A stretch of 64,000 bases of DNA, from assembly GCA_009103225.1 (NCBI GenBank), contig RHPI01000160.1:49377-113376 (forward strand). The letters are read 5' to 3'. How positions within the stretch are numbered: the stretch's first letter is position 1; each line of letters starts with the position of its first letter. Made by a program: the position numbers and the translations under genes. This DNA comes from Chlorokybus atmophyticus. Lineage: Eukaryota; Plantae; Mesostigma and Chlorokybus algae. The notes beneath the pieces are model-generated. The model saw nothing but the letters and a program-made list of their open reading frames with translations, did no database searches and was not told the origin of the DNA. Below are positions 22,151 to 35,532 of this stretch, in pieces.

Positions 22151-24845
22151 TTCAAGTGCTAGCTTGAGCAGCGGTTGAGACCTCCATGCAACTCAAAAAC
22201 GTATGTGCCAGATTCACTCTTGCCCTTTTACGATGGTGGTATTCCCATTAACAAACGGTTTCAGTACTACAGCCACTATTATATGGTTCGCAGTTCACGT
22301 ATGGACAAAGCTGGGCTGCATTTGTTTGCCTTGTCAAACATTCTCGGCAACACTTTGGAGATGCCATGTGACAATCCGCGTTACAGTCATACGGAGATAG
22401 TTGCGGTGTTTGGAAAGAAGTTGGGTTGGTAGGTTCGACTTTTGCTTGAGAGTAAAAGTCGAATTCCACTGCGTGAGCGGGAGTACATAAATGTTGACGT
22501 GCGATTTGGCAACATCGCTGGCTACAGCAATTTGGCTGCGTGTCGTCGGGAGCAATCCGCTGAGTACTATTTCAAAGATCAGCGCGTGTGAATCCGTAGC
22601 CCAAGGATCATTAAGATGCACGAGGAGGTGCTGACTTTGTACAGCTTCTACCCGTCCCCGCCAGGCCTTACATTTGATATGTAGTGTAGGTGGTATCATA
22701 AAACTCTGACTGTACGGCTGTATTGCTGTTGTAAATGTTGACATTGTTGTAATGACGCTAGTTTCAAGTGGTTATGCATTTTTAATTGGTAACGTAATGG
22801 GTTGATTGACGGTGGTAATATTAAGGTGTAGTTGTGAAGATTTACATGCACGTAAAAACGCCAAGTGTTAAGTTAGAAAGGCACACGAAAGTGGCTTTTG
22901 AAACGTCACGTGAGCGAACTCACGTATGACGGCGGAAGCCGTTTCATGCATAAAGAATTCATACGGCGAGGACAGCCCTGCTACCACTACCCCATGATAT
23001 GATATAAATGTTTAAGCAAACATTGTCGTAAGCGGCCAACAAATTAAGCTTAAATAGTTAGCCGAAAAGAGAAGACGGTTAAAGCTAAGTACTGAATATT
23101 GGATAAGCACTTAGATGGATGACACTTGGTGATCACTTGTAGCAGGTACTGCTGCCGGGATTAACAGTGAGGCTATACTCGGACGTGTATCGCTATAAGC
23201 ATTACGAAGTGTCATGTACCGCGAATAATATGCATTATATCTTGGGTTCATATGAACCTAAGATAGTACTGCGCAATGTTGAATATGGCCATGGTTTGAT
23301 TGTTGCAGTGGGTAGTAACTTGCCCATTATGTCGCGAGAAACAGCAGCTTGCTTTTGCAAACCCATGATCAAAGAATCAACTCTCGGTTGAGTTATCACT
23401 AAGCTTTGACCAGTTCGTGAACTCGCACGGATATAACGAATACTGCGTGAGAAGGTACCTGAGATTGGGTGAGCAAGGACAGGCTTGTGAAGGACAAAGG
23501 TAGAAGTGGAGACCTTCAACGGACGTAGCTAATCCTTACATTGAGAAGAACAAAAACAGTACTTGGCGTGAGTAAATGGTTCTCGGCATGTGTGGATGCT
23601 GTAGCATCGGCACTTTAAGTGCCGAATTGGGAGCACCTTCTGCGTGACAATCATGTCCTTGGAAAGTCAATGCGGTGGGGTAGGTGCTCCGTCCGTAAAG
23701 ATACGGCAGATTAAGCTAAGGCCTAAGTTGGGACTCGAACGGTAGTGATAAGAGCAAACGAAATCACTACTTAGGTTTTAGGGGATTCGAATCCTCTTGT
23801 GGTGATGAGAAGCTGCGGTAACAGGTTAAAGTACGACAAATCCATCAAATCAAAACCGAATTGACCCTAGCACATAATCCATTCGAAGGAGGACACCCGT
23901 GAAACTCTAAGCGGGGAGGATTAAGCGAAGTCGCTAATATCCTAAGTTTCCTCGTAAAGCGAATTGTCGTAAAAATCTTTAAGGCATTGGCTAGCTTTTT
24001 AGCGGCGCATACTAGCATTAGTCTAGCTAGCTTCCCATGCCTGCAATATAAATTAGCCATTTGAAAAAGATATGCGGATTTGTGGAGACGCGAATACATG
24101 CCCAGAAGTTAGATTCCACCTAATTGAGTTTGGGGAGACAATTGGAACTTGAGTAGAGTTCTTTATCTCCCTCACTGCCGACACTTTTGGAAGGCGAAGC
24201 ACCTTCCCGCACTTGGGAATTTGAGGGCGTAAGCCCTTCTTAAAGATTCGAGCGATAATTTTTTAAGTGAATTAAGTAAACCAACAAGTTGAATCGGTAT
24301 GTGAAGCATTGGCCGAAGTTGCGAAGTCGCGAATCTCAAGAACCGCTAAGTGTAAATACTTGGCTAGAATTTAGTTGCGCTCAGTCCGTGTGTAGATAAC
24401 TAAGGCCACATTCACAGAGTCAAGCACTTTGTGAATACAAAAAACGCCGTTATTACATTGTAGCTTTCTGTGCTATTGTTACCCGCAGCTCTAACTATAG
24501 CACAACATGTGTGAAAATGCGCTCGTGATTGTACTTTTATGGGTGATGCCAACAGAAGCTTGCATTTTCGTCTCATGTGGATCATAGCATGGTGATGGAG
24601 CATAAAAAGTAAGCGAGGACGATCACCACCCTGCTAACAATATAGCCGCCGAGTTGACGCAGTCACCGCAATCTCCCTCAGGCTCACCTACTATGGTGCC
24701 AACTGCGGCCCAACAGTCATTACAGGAGCTGCTGTCGTCACCTGAGCATGTTGGTCATGTGCGGCTTGATGCAGACATTCAGGAGGCTCCTTAGTAACAA
24801 CCGCGGCCCAGCAATCATCATTGAATCTGCTGTTGTCACCTGAGC

Positions 24846-27800
24846 ATGAAGATGTTGGTCATTTGCAGCTTGATGCAGACATTTAGGAGGCTTAGTGACA
24901 GTCGTAATCATAATGCTGATCATCTTTGGGCTTCAGTCACAAAGAGAGTGCTGGCCAGGGAAAAACGAACAAGAAAAAGAAGAAAAGGAGGCCTCGGAAA
25001 GTATTCCGCTACTTTTCGCCAATCCCATGTCTGTAGAGCATGCAAATTTAAGGCTTTTACCTCACACGTGACGTACCACGCGGAGCACCGCTCACAAGAC
25101 AAGTGGATGCGCGCAATATATGACTCATCATGCTGGTCGCGCATGGAACAATTCTACATCGACTTTTGCAACCCGCGCCCCTTGCGATTGGGGTTTGCAA
25201 CCGATTGCGTCAACCTTCAAAGTTCTCCTCCGCGCAAAGCAACTACAATGTGTGGCCGCTCACCGTCTGCTTCCTAAACCTCCCGCCCTCTTTGGTGTTA
25301 ATGTTGATATTGCGTATAATAACAGCGTTTTTGTACTCGTCTGCTTTGCAAGACCCAACAAGCCCAAGCACATTAACACCTATAACACCTATATCTAGCC
25401 TTTGGTAGACGAATTCAAGCAGTTTTGGAGGGGTGCATCAGCTGTGGACAGCATCCAATGCACACTGGATCTGCCTCCCAAGTTTCTTCGGAAAGCCATC
25501 TTACTTTTTTGCATATAGGACTACCCATTTTTGAAAAATGTGAAACGTCATATGCAAGGGAAGGTTTGCTGTGTTGTTTGCGGTGATGCTTTCAATGCCG
25601 AGCATAGCCCATGGTTGTTAAAGACGGCAATGGTTGGGCACCGTCAATTCTTGCCACTTGATCATTTTTAACGACATCATGAGAGCTTTGGCCCACTTAA
25701 AAAAAAAGGCCGCCACTTGCACCGTTGAGCAAAGACGATGTTTATTTTGGAGGTGAGTTATTGCATTTGCAAGTTCATTGCTCTTATACTATACATGTGC
25801 ATGTGTTAGCAAACCCGTAATCATCATCAATGCGTGTTGCGTGCAAGCACTGATGATGTCAATTGCTAGGAACATGTGGAGAGATGTGAGCAGGGACATG
25901 ACCCTGAAAGCGTGGAGGAGTGGAAGAACAAAGGCATAAAAGGCCTCTTTTTGTTTAGGCAGTTGCCATACAAGCATGAAGTCCTCACACACATCATCAA
26001 CCATATGCATTGCGTTATCAACACCATACACTGGCTTTTACACCTCCTCACCGGCAAAGCTGGTACGCAAACACAATTAGAGCATAATGTTTGTATTGAC
26101 GAGCACTCATTAACATGTGGGTTGTTGCAGGCGATGGTATTCGAGGAAGGTATAAGTTGATGGACAAGCGTGCTGACTTATGGCCCGTGCAGAAGGTGAA
26201 TACGAAAGGTAAAAAGGTGGTAGAGAAGCGGTAGCCCCTTTCTTCACGCGTCAAGAGCTACGCGACATTCAAGCGACTTGGAAGAATGTAAAGTTTCCTA
26301 CGAGGTTCAGAAGCTTCTAAGGTCTCTGAACTTAAAAAAACAAAAAAGCAAAAAAAAGTTATTGCTGATGAACAGCCCAGATTCTCATGACTTGCACAAT
26401 ATAGGTAAGTTGTTGCAATAATATAATTACTATTGCAGCATGTATGCACATACATGCGTATGCAATGCACATATGGCAATGTGTGATGTAACTGACACTG
26501 TTGCTTTATGCAGATAGCATATTGCTACCAGTAATTGTTTCGAATAGGCTTGGATCAGCCCAGAGGCTAACGCTGGCTTGGATTTTCAATGCGTTGAGCC
26601 AAGTGTGTGCCGCTTGGCTGCTTGAAGATAGGCAGCTCCTACGTGACAATAAAATCGATATGCTAGAGTGCTTGTGTCTGCTAAAGCGCGATTTTCGGCT
26701 ATCTTTGTATACCGTTTCGACTTAGATGATTGTATTTACAAACGATGCAACAATTGCGAGAGTGCGGTCCAAGTTGAAGCGTGTGGATGTTCAGGGCAGA
26801 GCGCGAGATGCAGCACATCCGCATCCAACTAGTCAGTCGAAAGGGCTAGAGGCGAGCGTCGCGTCTGATGCAACGAAACGCATTTTCAACTTCTCTAAGG
26901 CAATGAAGGCGATTATGCCAGAAGCTAGTGTGTCCGTGTCGTCTATTGAAAACACGACCGGTATATTCGCTATTGGGATCAGGCAATACATGCGTCTTTT
27001 ATCAAAACGAGCGGCGCGACATCATTTTGTAACTTCGCAACAACAATGCCGAGCTTGCAGACCTTTACAGATACGTTGTGAATGTCCAGTACTTTGTTGG
27101 TATTAATCTTGACTTTGCAAATATTTGCAACCAACATGTCATGTTTTGTCATGATTGGTTTACACTTTAAAATTGCGTGACTTCAGACTTTAACATTTGA
27201 CCGCCAACCATCTTTTACGCTACAGCTAATTATGGATACGCATGTTGTCGCTCAGGCGATATGATTTGTTTTGCAACTGTCTCAAGCGCAAACGGCGTAA
27301 ACGTGGACGTAGAAGCGAGGATTTGCACACCATGACGCGTGCGGAATTTATAGAGCGGTGTTTGGATGTGACCAATAACACCAGTTTTGGACTACGAGAG
27401 CTGTTCCTGGGCTGCCTAGCTCAAGCAGAGTGTTTTAAACACATGGAAGTAGAGGGGCGGCATTTTTTAGTTGCGGATTGGGATAAGGGCAAGGTCACGT
27501 GTGATGCTGACGTTGAGGCCGCGTTTACATCAGACTTTAGGCGCTGGCAAGTTGATGACAACGCTGCTATATTGAGGCATTTTTTCCAAGATGTTGAAGA
27601 TTCGTTTTGTGACGACAACGGTCAGTTTGGTGTGTGTTATGTTTTCAAATCATCGCCGAATGCATCACCGTATTCTGTCGAAGTGTGTACCGATATCTCA
27701 TCAAGTTCTTGCAGGTGCATATTTGCAACGTGAAATGGTATAAGAAGCAGTTTGACAAGGAGCAAATACCCGCCACAACAGCAACCGGCTGCTTTTGAGT

Positions 27801-28116
27801 GGAAAAGAACACATTCACAAAGAACGAGTCATTGATTGAGCCCGATCGTATAACCAGGCCAGGTGTTCTTTGTACCGGATTCAAGTTACCATTACCATCT
27901 CATTATGCTGAAGAAGAAGATTGCGAGCATTGCAGCAATGACTGCATCCGTCCGTGCACCCGTACCCGATGGGTTCACGTGAAAAGAACATGTGAGCTAC
28001 CCTATGGAGCTGCAGGCGTTGATGCTAGAAGAGGGGCGTGGGTTGTGTTTGATGGGACGTAGTTGAATACCATAGATGATGACGATAGTGATGTCGAAAG
28101 CGAGGAAGAGGAGTAG
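24846..28116 (+). mobile_element. Decayed CACTA/En-Spm Tnp2 (Transposase_21)-type transposase with DUF4218/DUF4216-like regions
   Basis: YDSSCWSRM..PRPLRLGFATD..VWPLTVCFLNLPP..PLVDEFKQFW..GHRQFLPLDH..LFRQLPY..HMHCVIN..MLECLCLLKRDF..HMEVEGRHF; many stops and frameshifts; TIRs not identified. Confidence 0.85.
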
Positions 28117-30051
28117 GCGTGAAGAGACTTGAGATATCAGTCCCATGCATATAGAGATATTGTCATTGCTAATACCGACAAATGCATTCTAAGCTATACT
28201 ATAGATATGAACATAGCCTACCTATCCCTTGGCAGCGATGGTAAACCCGTATTTGTCGTAATAATGTCATTGTGAACATAGCTGCCCTACTTTACATTTA
28301 CAATATAGATGTTGCTGTAAATTGCCTATCACGTAGCAGCGTTAAAAACCTATATTTGTAATGATAAAATGATAAGATTATGTTATATAACTACCCTAAT
28401 TCACATCTATAATATACACACATTTGCATGGGTTTTGAGGTCCAATCTCTGATTGAGTTTGGTCGTGATTCCATGTTTACGCCTATATTGTAGACAAACA
28501 TGTTTACATTATAGACACGACCCCTCGAGACATCAATGCAGATACCAAAAGCTATTTTATATTAGCTAACATTGAAACAATTGGGAGGGGGAATGCGTGC
28601 CAACATCTGCCCTTCCACGTTTGTACACAAGGATACACACACATGTGCGCCAGGTTGAGCACACCTACACACGCATGCACCTGTACTTAAACATAGTCAG
28701 GCAAGTGCACTCCTGCACCCGCGCATACCCACGCTGTCACGCCTATAAGGCTGACAAGAGTCATTCTCTGTCCCTTACTTATGTTTGTATGAAGGGACCA
28801 AGTGGGATCTGCCATTCATAAGCAAGTGTAAGTGCTTATGGCGTGTGCTCTCATGCGGTCCGCTCCTAAGCCTATGTGGGCCTTGAGTGATGATAAACTA
28901 CACAAAGCATTGATGCTTGGCTAACACGGAGCTGGTTAATGCCTGGCATGTGAGCCTTTGCTATTACATTGTAAGTTGCCACGGGAAGTGGCAGAAGATG
29001 GTGAGCCAAGTTGGCAAACCACAGGATCTGCACTGTGGTAGTGCGATTTGCCACAGCTTTTACAGTCGCATGGCAAGTGGTGCCTGTGGGCAATCCGCAA
29101 GTGCATATATACTAGGAGAGCCTACGGTTATACTTCTAAAGTAGAATTGTTATTCCTATGAGAATGCTAGGTGATTGATACTCCCGAGGTGGAGTTGGGA
29201 GGTTCCAATGTTGGAACAAGGTCAGCGCATAGAGACAAGGCTTGTGGCCTTGAACATCCTGTGTGCCAGATCGGGAGACTCTCGCGACCTGCTTTATACC
29301 ACATGCTGCTAAGCATGTGGTATAGATGCTAAGTTGCATCCTTAAATAGGGATCCGATCAGTAGTGATCAAGACATCAGTGCGTGTTTGCCTTACAAGAG
29401 GGCCACTTGTGCGTGGGGTGCCTGGTTGTTGGTTGCTAAGGGGCTCTCCCCTCATCCCTTGTGGGGTGTGGTGTCGTGATGTTATGCACGTGGGTGTGTT
29501 GGGCGTGTGGGTATGTGTCTGGAGCTGTGTGGAGAGGTTGGCGGTCATCCTCTCCTCCCTTGCTGCTGAGTTGCAACTTCCCCTGCAACGTGCACCGTGG
29601 TGCTGGTGGGACTTCCGCTGTAAGTCTTTGATGCTTGTGCATAAGTTTGCCAAGCCCCGATCAGCAAGTAAGTAGTGGTTACACACGCACATTCTCACAT
29701 GTAGGGCATAAGAGGTCACCTATGAGGTCACCTATGCACGGCATAAGAGGTCACAGAGATTGATCAATTACCAACTTGTTTTTTGGCGTTAAACATCCGT
29801 CGCACACACCAAAATGCAATTGACGGCAACAGCAACAACTATTATGATGGAGCATCACCAGCCACAAGCAATAATGTGTGCATAAGCGCAATGATTACCT
29901 GCAGGTTCACCTAGATACACTATACACCCAAGTTCTGTACTACAGGCGACATCAACACCTGCTCCTGCGCGCCAACGCAAATTACAAATGCGGCAGCTAC
30001 TGCCAACAAGCATCTAGCACACCTACCTCCTTGCCTTACTATTAGCCCTGT

Positions 30052-30053
<2 letters not shown>

Positions 30054-30088
<35 letters not shown>

Positions 30089-30190
30089 NNNNNNNNNNNN
30101 NNNNNNNNNNNNNNNNNNNNNNNNNNNNNNNNNNNNNNNNNNNNNNNNNNNNNNNNNNNNNNNNNNNNNNNNNATATATATATATATATA
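30054..30190. repeat. (AT)n microsatellite spanning an assembly gap (N 30089-30173)
   Basis: Read directly from the sequence. Confidence 0.95.
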
Positions 30191-32299
30191 ACATATTAGC
30201 CTCATCAGTAAGAAACAACGACACTGCTCGGGAGCCTCACCGTGTGAACGAACTACTCGAGCTGTCCGTCACCGTCCACCTACTTGAACTATCCCTGGCC
30301 ACCCGATCAGTCCATGCCGTAAACAACTAACAGACGGTGGACTTGTTATGGGAGCGATCAGTAACACCGTCCTGTTTGAACGTCGTCGGACATGATTCAA
30401 AAAAACGAATAGCCGTTAGGCTGGCGGCAGTGCCGGCGGCGGTGCGGGGAGGTGAACAACATGTGCGCAAATGTGTTTGCTTGTGTGTAACCTTTATGTT
30501 CTCTTCGGTATTGATTGAAACGAACAGTGAACATAGGTGCAACGTATGCACGAACAGCTTGGTGTTTGTCAAGAGATGCCTGCGCCTGCAGGCAGACTTG
30601 TGCAACGCTGCGGAAGTATTGCCTTGCCAATGCTATGCTTGCTTGCTGTTTGAGTTCAGTATATGGTGGTGCATACAACGGCATGAGTAGTGACGCCAAG
30701 CTTGCTTATGTTGCATGGCTGCAGATGTTGTCACCAAGATGTTGGAAGGCCTTGTGGAACGGTACTCCTTGGCCTGCTGCATCCGCACTCTCCCTCTCCC
30801 TGCATGTGCCTCTGCCAACATGCTTCCCTTCATCGCCCTGCATGTACGCAGGCACCTACCAGAACTGCATCCAACCCTGTGCACTAAGTTGCAGTATTGG
30901 GCCACAACTGTGGCGTACACACGTGCTTGCGTGTGTGTGCACGCCTACGCATATGTGTGCGTGTGCTTGCTGATGTGCACACATGTATGGGCGCGCGTGC
31001 ATAGTTGCTTGGGACATGCGGAGGAACAACGTCAATTTGTCAGGGCAGGTTGTCCCTCGCGCACACTTGGAGCATGGGCAGGCCGTGCTGGCAACGATGG
31101 CCCTCTTCGAGCATGAGGTGAATGACTGATTCTGTATAAGCAACCACTTCAGTGTAGTAACCATGTCTTCTTACACACATATGCATGCACCCATGTGTGG
31201 ACTCACAATTGCACATATGCGCACACACATGCATGCACACCGGCGCACGCTCTCTTTTACATTCAGTCACGGTCTTTGCATGCGTGGTCTCGCTCTCGCT
31301 CTCGCTCTCCCTGCGTGTGTCCGTGTCTGTGTCTGAGCCTGCATCTCAGAGGCTCTGTTCCAATCTCTAACTCTCCCGTCATCTGCCTTCTTCTCTCCTG
31401 CCTCTCCACATGGCCACTCCTCTCTCACAATCTGTCACCAAAGTGGCGACGCTGCCGGGGTTGTTGATGGTGCACGATGTCTTCAAGGGTGTTAGCAATG
31501 GCAGAGACAATGTTGTTGCAGGCCATTTGATCTGTTGAGGGACGTGGTGGTGTTCTACAACGCGGACAAGCAACTCCCCTCGTGGGTATATGATGCGAGG
31601 CAGGCGCCCAACCTATGACACCCATTGCTTGGCCCTCAATGGTAGCGCATACAACTTAGAGTTTGGGCTTGTTCAAGTGGCACACCTACGCGCACACGCA
31701 TGCACAAACAGGAGATTCACGCGCGCACACACACATACGCATGCACGCGCGCACCGGACCACCGACCTGTGTGCTGGTGGGCGTGTGCATGCGCACATAA
31801 AACACGCAGCCCCCACCCGCTGCATGTATACATACGTGCACGCAAACATGCACACTGGTGTACAAGCACGCGCGTGCGCTCTAACATACATACATGTACG
31901 CCCAGGCGGTGGCGGCGCGAGCACGGTCCAACGCAGCCCTCACACGGCCGTGCCAGGCGTGCCTCTGCCAGCGTGTCTAAAATGCTGCTCTGCTCCACCT
32001 ATGCTAGCCCCCTTCCGTACACGAATCTCCACAGTCTGGACTCGACGCAGTGACACAGTTGGTACAATGCATACTCGCGTGTGCGGGCCTATGTGCATGC
32101 ACGTGCGTGCGAGAGGCGGGGGTGGGTGGGGGGGTGGGGAGGGTCCGTGCGCGGACATACTTGTGCATGCGCATGCATAGCTGCGACTGTCATGACCACA
32201 CTTTACTGCGCGCAGGTGCAGCCACCGCCAGTGTCCGCCGAAATGTTAGGAATGAAGCACATGAAGATCCACGGGCATTGCAAGAGCGGCATGTGAAGC

Positions 32300-33830
32300 G
32301 CCCGGGAGGTGTGACAACACGCACACGCAATTGTGCACGCACACGCATGCACACATGCACGTGCACGCACGCCGCATACACACGGCCTCCCGCCCGCTCG
32401 CCCGCCCGCGTGTGCGTATTAGCGCATGCACGCCGCACATACACAGCCTCATACACTCACGCACGCGCAAGCCACACACACAGGCCACATATACGCAGCC
32501 TCACGCATACACGTACGCACCCGCATACGCACGCCACGCACACACGTGCATGTGCCAACTCTCACACACACATGCGCGCCACACATACATAGAGCCTCAT
32601 ACACACACACACACGCACACAGCGCGCACGCATGCATGCGCCACATACACATAGCTTAACATCCGCCCGCCCGCCCGCCCGCACACACACACACACACAC
32701 ACACACACGCAAACGCAAACGCAAACGCACAAGCACGCATCCACGGCAGCTTACACCTACACGTGGGCCATCTCAGGGGCTTCATGAGGGTGTAAAAGCG
32801 ACACATGCCACCATCGACATCTGCTTCAGTACCCGCGCTTCCTCGTACTGTGTAGTTGGGGCGGCTGCTGTTGCGTCTCACCAATGCTTCCCTGCCGTTG
32901 CTGCTGCAACTTCAGTCGCGCAGCTTGCGCCCCCCCTCAGGGAGGCTCCTAGCCGGCCCCTTAGATCTGCTTGCGTAAAGTGTGTTAGCTTGGTGGGTTG
33001 TCTTGCGTGTGTGTCCGTGTAAGATGCGTACTCTGTGTGCGTGCTAATGTGTGGGTCATATGTGTGTTGGTGTAACTGTGGGTATGCTCTAAGCGTGCGT
33101 GCAAGCGTGCAGCACGGCCATCATTATACCAAATTCATATAAAGGCACAATGTAGCTGAGAAAGACTCACAGCAAGATAACAAGCATAACTTCAACACGC
33201 ACTCACAGCAAACATCCTCACGCATATATGCACGCACGCACACACCGGTACACACGCACACCACACAAACCCACCACATACACAGCCTCATACATACATG
33301 CACACGCACCCTCACGCACACGCACACAGGCACCTGCATGTGCCAAGCCGAGCACACACATGCGCACCACACATATACATCCTCACATATATATGCACGC
33401 GTGCATGCACACTTATACACACGCACCACACAAACACTCCACCTACACACAGCCTCTTACATACACGCAGACATGCACATGCATGTGCCAACACGCACAC
33501 ATACACGCACGCACACGCATGACACACATACACGCCACATACACACATACATGCACACATGCACACACATGCGCCCTCACACACATATGCACACGCACGC
33601 CACACATCAACAGCCACACGCAAACACGCACGCACTGCGTGGCACACATATATACACAGCAAACACACATACACGCCCTCACACGCACACACACACGCAC
33701 ACACGCATATGCATGTGCCAACAAGCACACCCATGCGCGCGCGCACGCACACGCACAAGCACATGCACGCCACACCAACGTGCATACAATGAAGGAGTTT
33801 ACACCTATATGTGGGCCATGCCAGGGGGGT
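32300..33830. repeat. CA/CG-rich degenerate satellite with recurring sub-units
   Basis: CACATACACAGCCTC and TGCATGTGCCAA recur several times amid (CA)n runs; the His/Thr/Ala-rich ORFs are compositional. Confidence 0.75.
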
Positions 33831-33914
33831 GTTGAAGCAAGTGATGGTCACTCCACCGTTGATAGCAGCTTCAGTAGTTGTTTGCCTGTGGGTGTGCTAG
33901 TGTTTGTGGTGTAT

Positions 33915-34134
33915 GTGTGTGTGATGGTGTACTTATACAAAGTTTTGCAATCTATTTGTCTTTGCCGTGTTGGCGGTTGTGTGCACGCGCTTGCATTCGC
34001 ACAATTGCATTCGATAGCTTAATGAGTGTATTACGGTGTAAGTTATGAGAAATCTTGCAACCTATTTGCCTTTGCCATGTTGACGGTTGTGTGCAGACGC
34101 TTGCATTCGCACAGTTGCATTCCGTAGTTAATGT
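33915..34134. repeat. Two-copy tandem repeat, period ~110 bp
   Basis: TTGCAA(T/C)CTATTTG..GCTTGCATTCGCACA..TAATG blocks start at 33945 and 34055. Confidence 0.8.
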
Positions 34135-34621
34135 AAACTTGCATTGGATTGGCTTGATGGGTGTGCTTTAAGAGTGCGTGCGAGTGTGCCACACAACCCA
34201 TACTACCGATCATGTATATAAAGGATCATGCACAACGTAGGTAACAAACACTCACATGCAAGACAGCAAGCATAACGGCGACACCGGCATGAACCCTTCA
34301 TCTGACCACGGGCCCCTAGGTTGTGCCCTGGGGTAAAGCTTACAACCTCACAACTCTACCCGGAACTAGCTACGAGCATGCGTGTTCGTGCATGTACATC
34401 CACACGCACGTGCGTGCAGCAAAGTCCCTTGAATTGAATGGAATGACTTAGCTTCTAGATCCGTAAAAATGTTCTTAGGCTTCGTCTACGCAAGCACATA
34501 GTGCACTCCATTTCTTCCATTGGCGTTACTCAATATATCGCGTGCGTGCGTATCAAAAATAGAACCGATTGCACTGGCATGCACAGCATATGCCAGCACA
34601 TATGGCACGCCCACATGCGGT

Positions 34622-34625
<4 letters not shown>

Positions 34626-34703
<78 letters not shown>
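34626..34703. repeat. (AG)n microsatellite
   Basis: Read directly from the sequence. Confidence 0.97.
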
Positions 34704-34705
<2 letters not shown>

Positions 34706-35532
34706 ATCCAAGTGTNTATATAAGGGGTATGGTACGGTGGCAGCATGCATGGTGTGGACAATGCGAATGGCATGCATCAGCACAAGCATGCACACGCTTT
34801 ACACATCAAATTTAACCACCGGGCTAGTTCTATGGCTGCCTGCTACACTATACCAATGCTAGCCCGCCCCGTTAGACATACAAGCATGCATTTTGTTAGT
34901 CCCTGCTCACATGGGCGCTGTGTATGCAGAGTAGTTGAAAGTGGCGTGTGTACAAGCAGAGCACTATGTGTTATTATTTATGTATAAGATATATATAACA
35001 CATGGATTAATTTACAGCAGCGTTGTACAGATGTGTGTACATACATGCAAGAGTGATAATGTGCGAATTAATTTACACTGACACACTTATCGATCATAGT
35101 GGCGTACTACAGACACCCCTGTGCGGCATAGGAAGTGAGGCTGGACAGTTTTGGACAAAGCACACTGACAGCGAAAAAGAAAAACCCGCTCAATTGTTTA
35201 TCCATTCGGTTAGCATCGTTCAATATAGTCAGGTGATGGGCGGTGCGAGTTTGGCTGAGCGCTGTGAGCGGCGATGAAAATTGGGAACCCTAATCGCATT
35301 CCCTACCTTGCACAATGCACGTTCATATCGGGTCGTCCGTCGCGCCGGTGTCCCAACCGCAACAAGCTTTTCATGGCCAGTTATTTTGTCCCGTGTTATA
35401 TTTTCATTCAAACCTTATGAAGTGCTTTCCGAACTTGCACAGAGGCATCACGTGACGTGTGGCGGGGCACCGCATCCGGCACGGCCTGCCAATCCAAGTA
35501 ATTACCCCCCCCCTACCATGCCCTGTGCAAGC

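Noticed and set aside
23720-23810. tRNA-like GGGACTCGAAC / GGATTCGAATCC words
   Set aside because: T-stems and acceptor stems do not pair on either strand, so there is no cloverleaf.
23900-24215. Group I intron P/Q/R-like words on the minus strand
   Set aside because: No S element able to form P7 was found; the resemblance is only a few bases.
29700-29760. Short direct repeats (GAGGTCACCTAT, GCATAAGAGGTCAC) resembling a CRISPR array
   Set aside because: Only 2-3 short units with no regular spacers, in a eukaryotic context; ordinary slippage repeats.
31379-31625. Possible integrase-like fragment (NTLEDIVHH)
   Set aside because: Too short and divergent to support.
30700-34022. Many long His/Thr/Ala/Cys/Val-rich ORFs (also at 38800-40150, 54000-54300 and 56800-57400)
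   Set aside because: They are translations of CA/TG/CG low-complexity DNA and introns, open in several frames at once.
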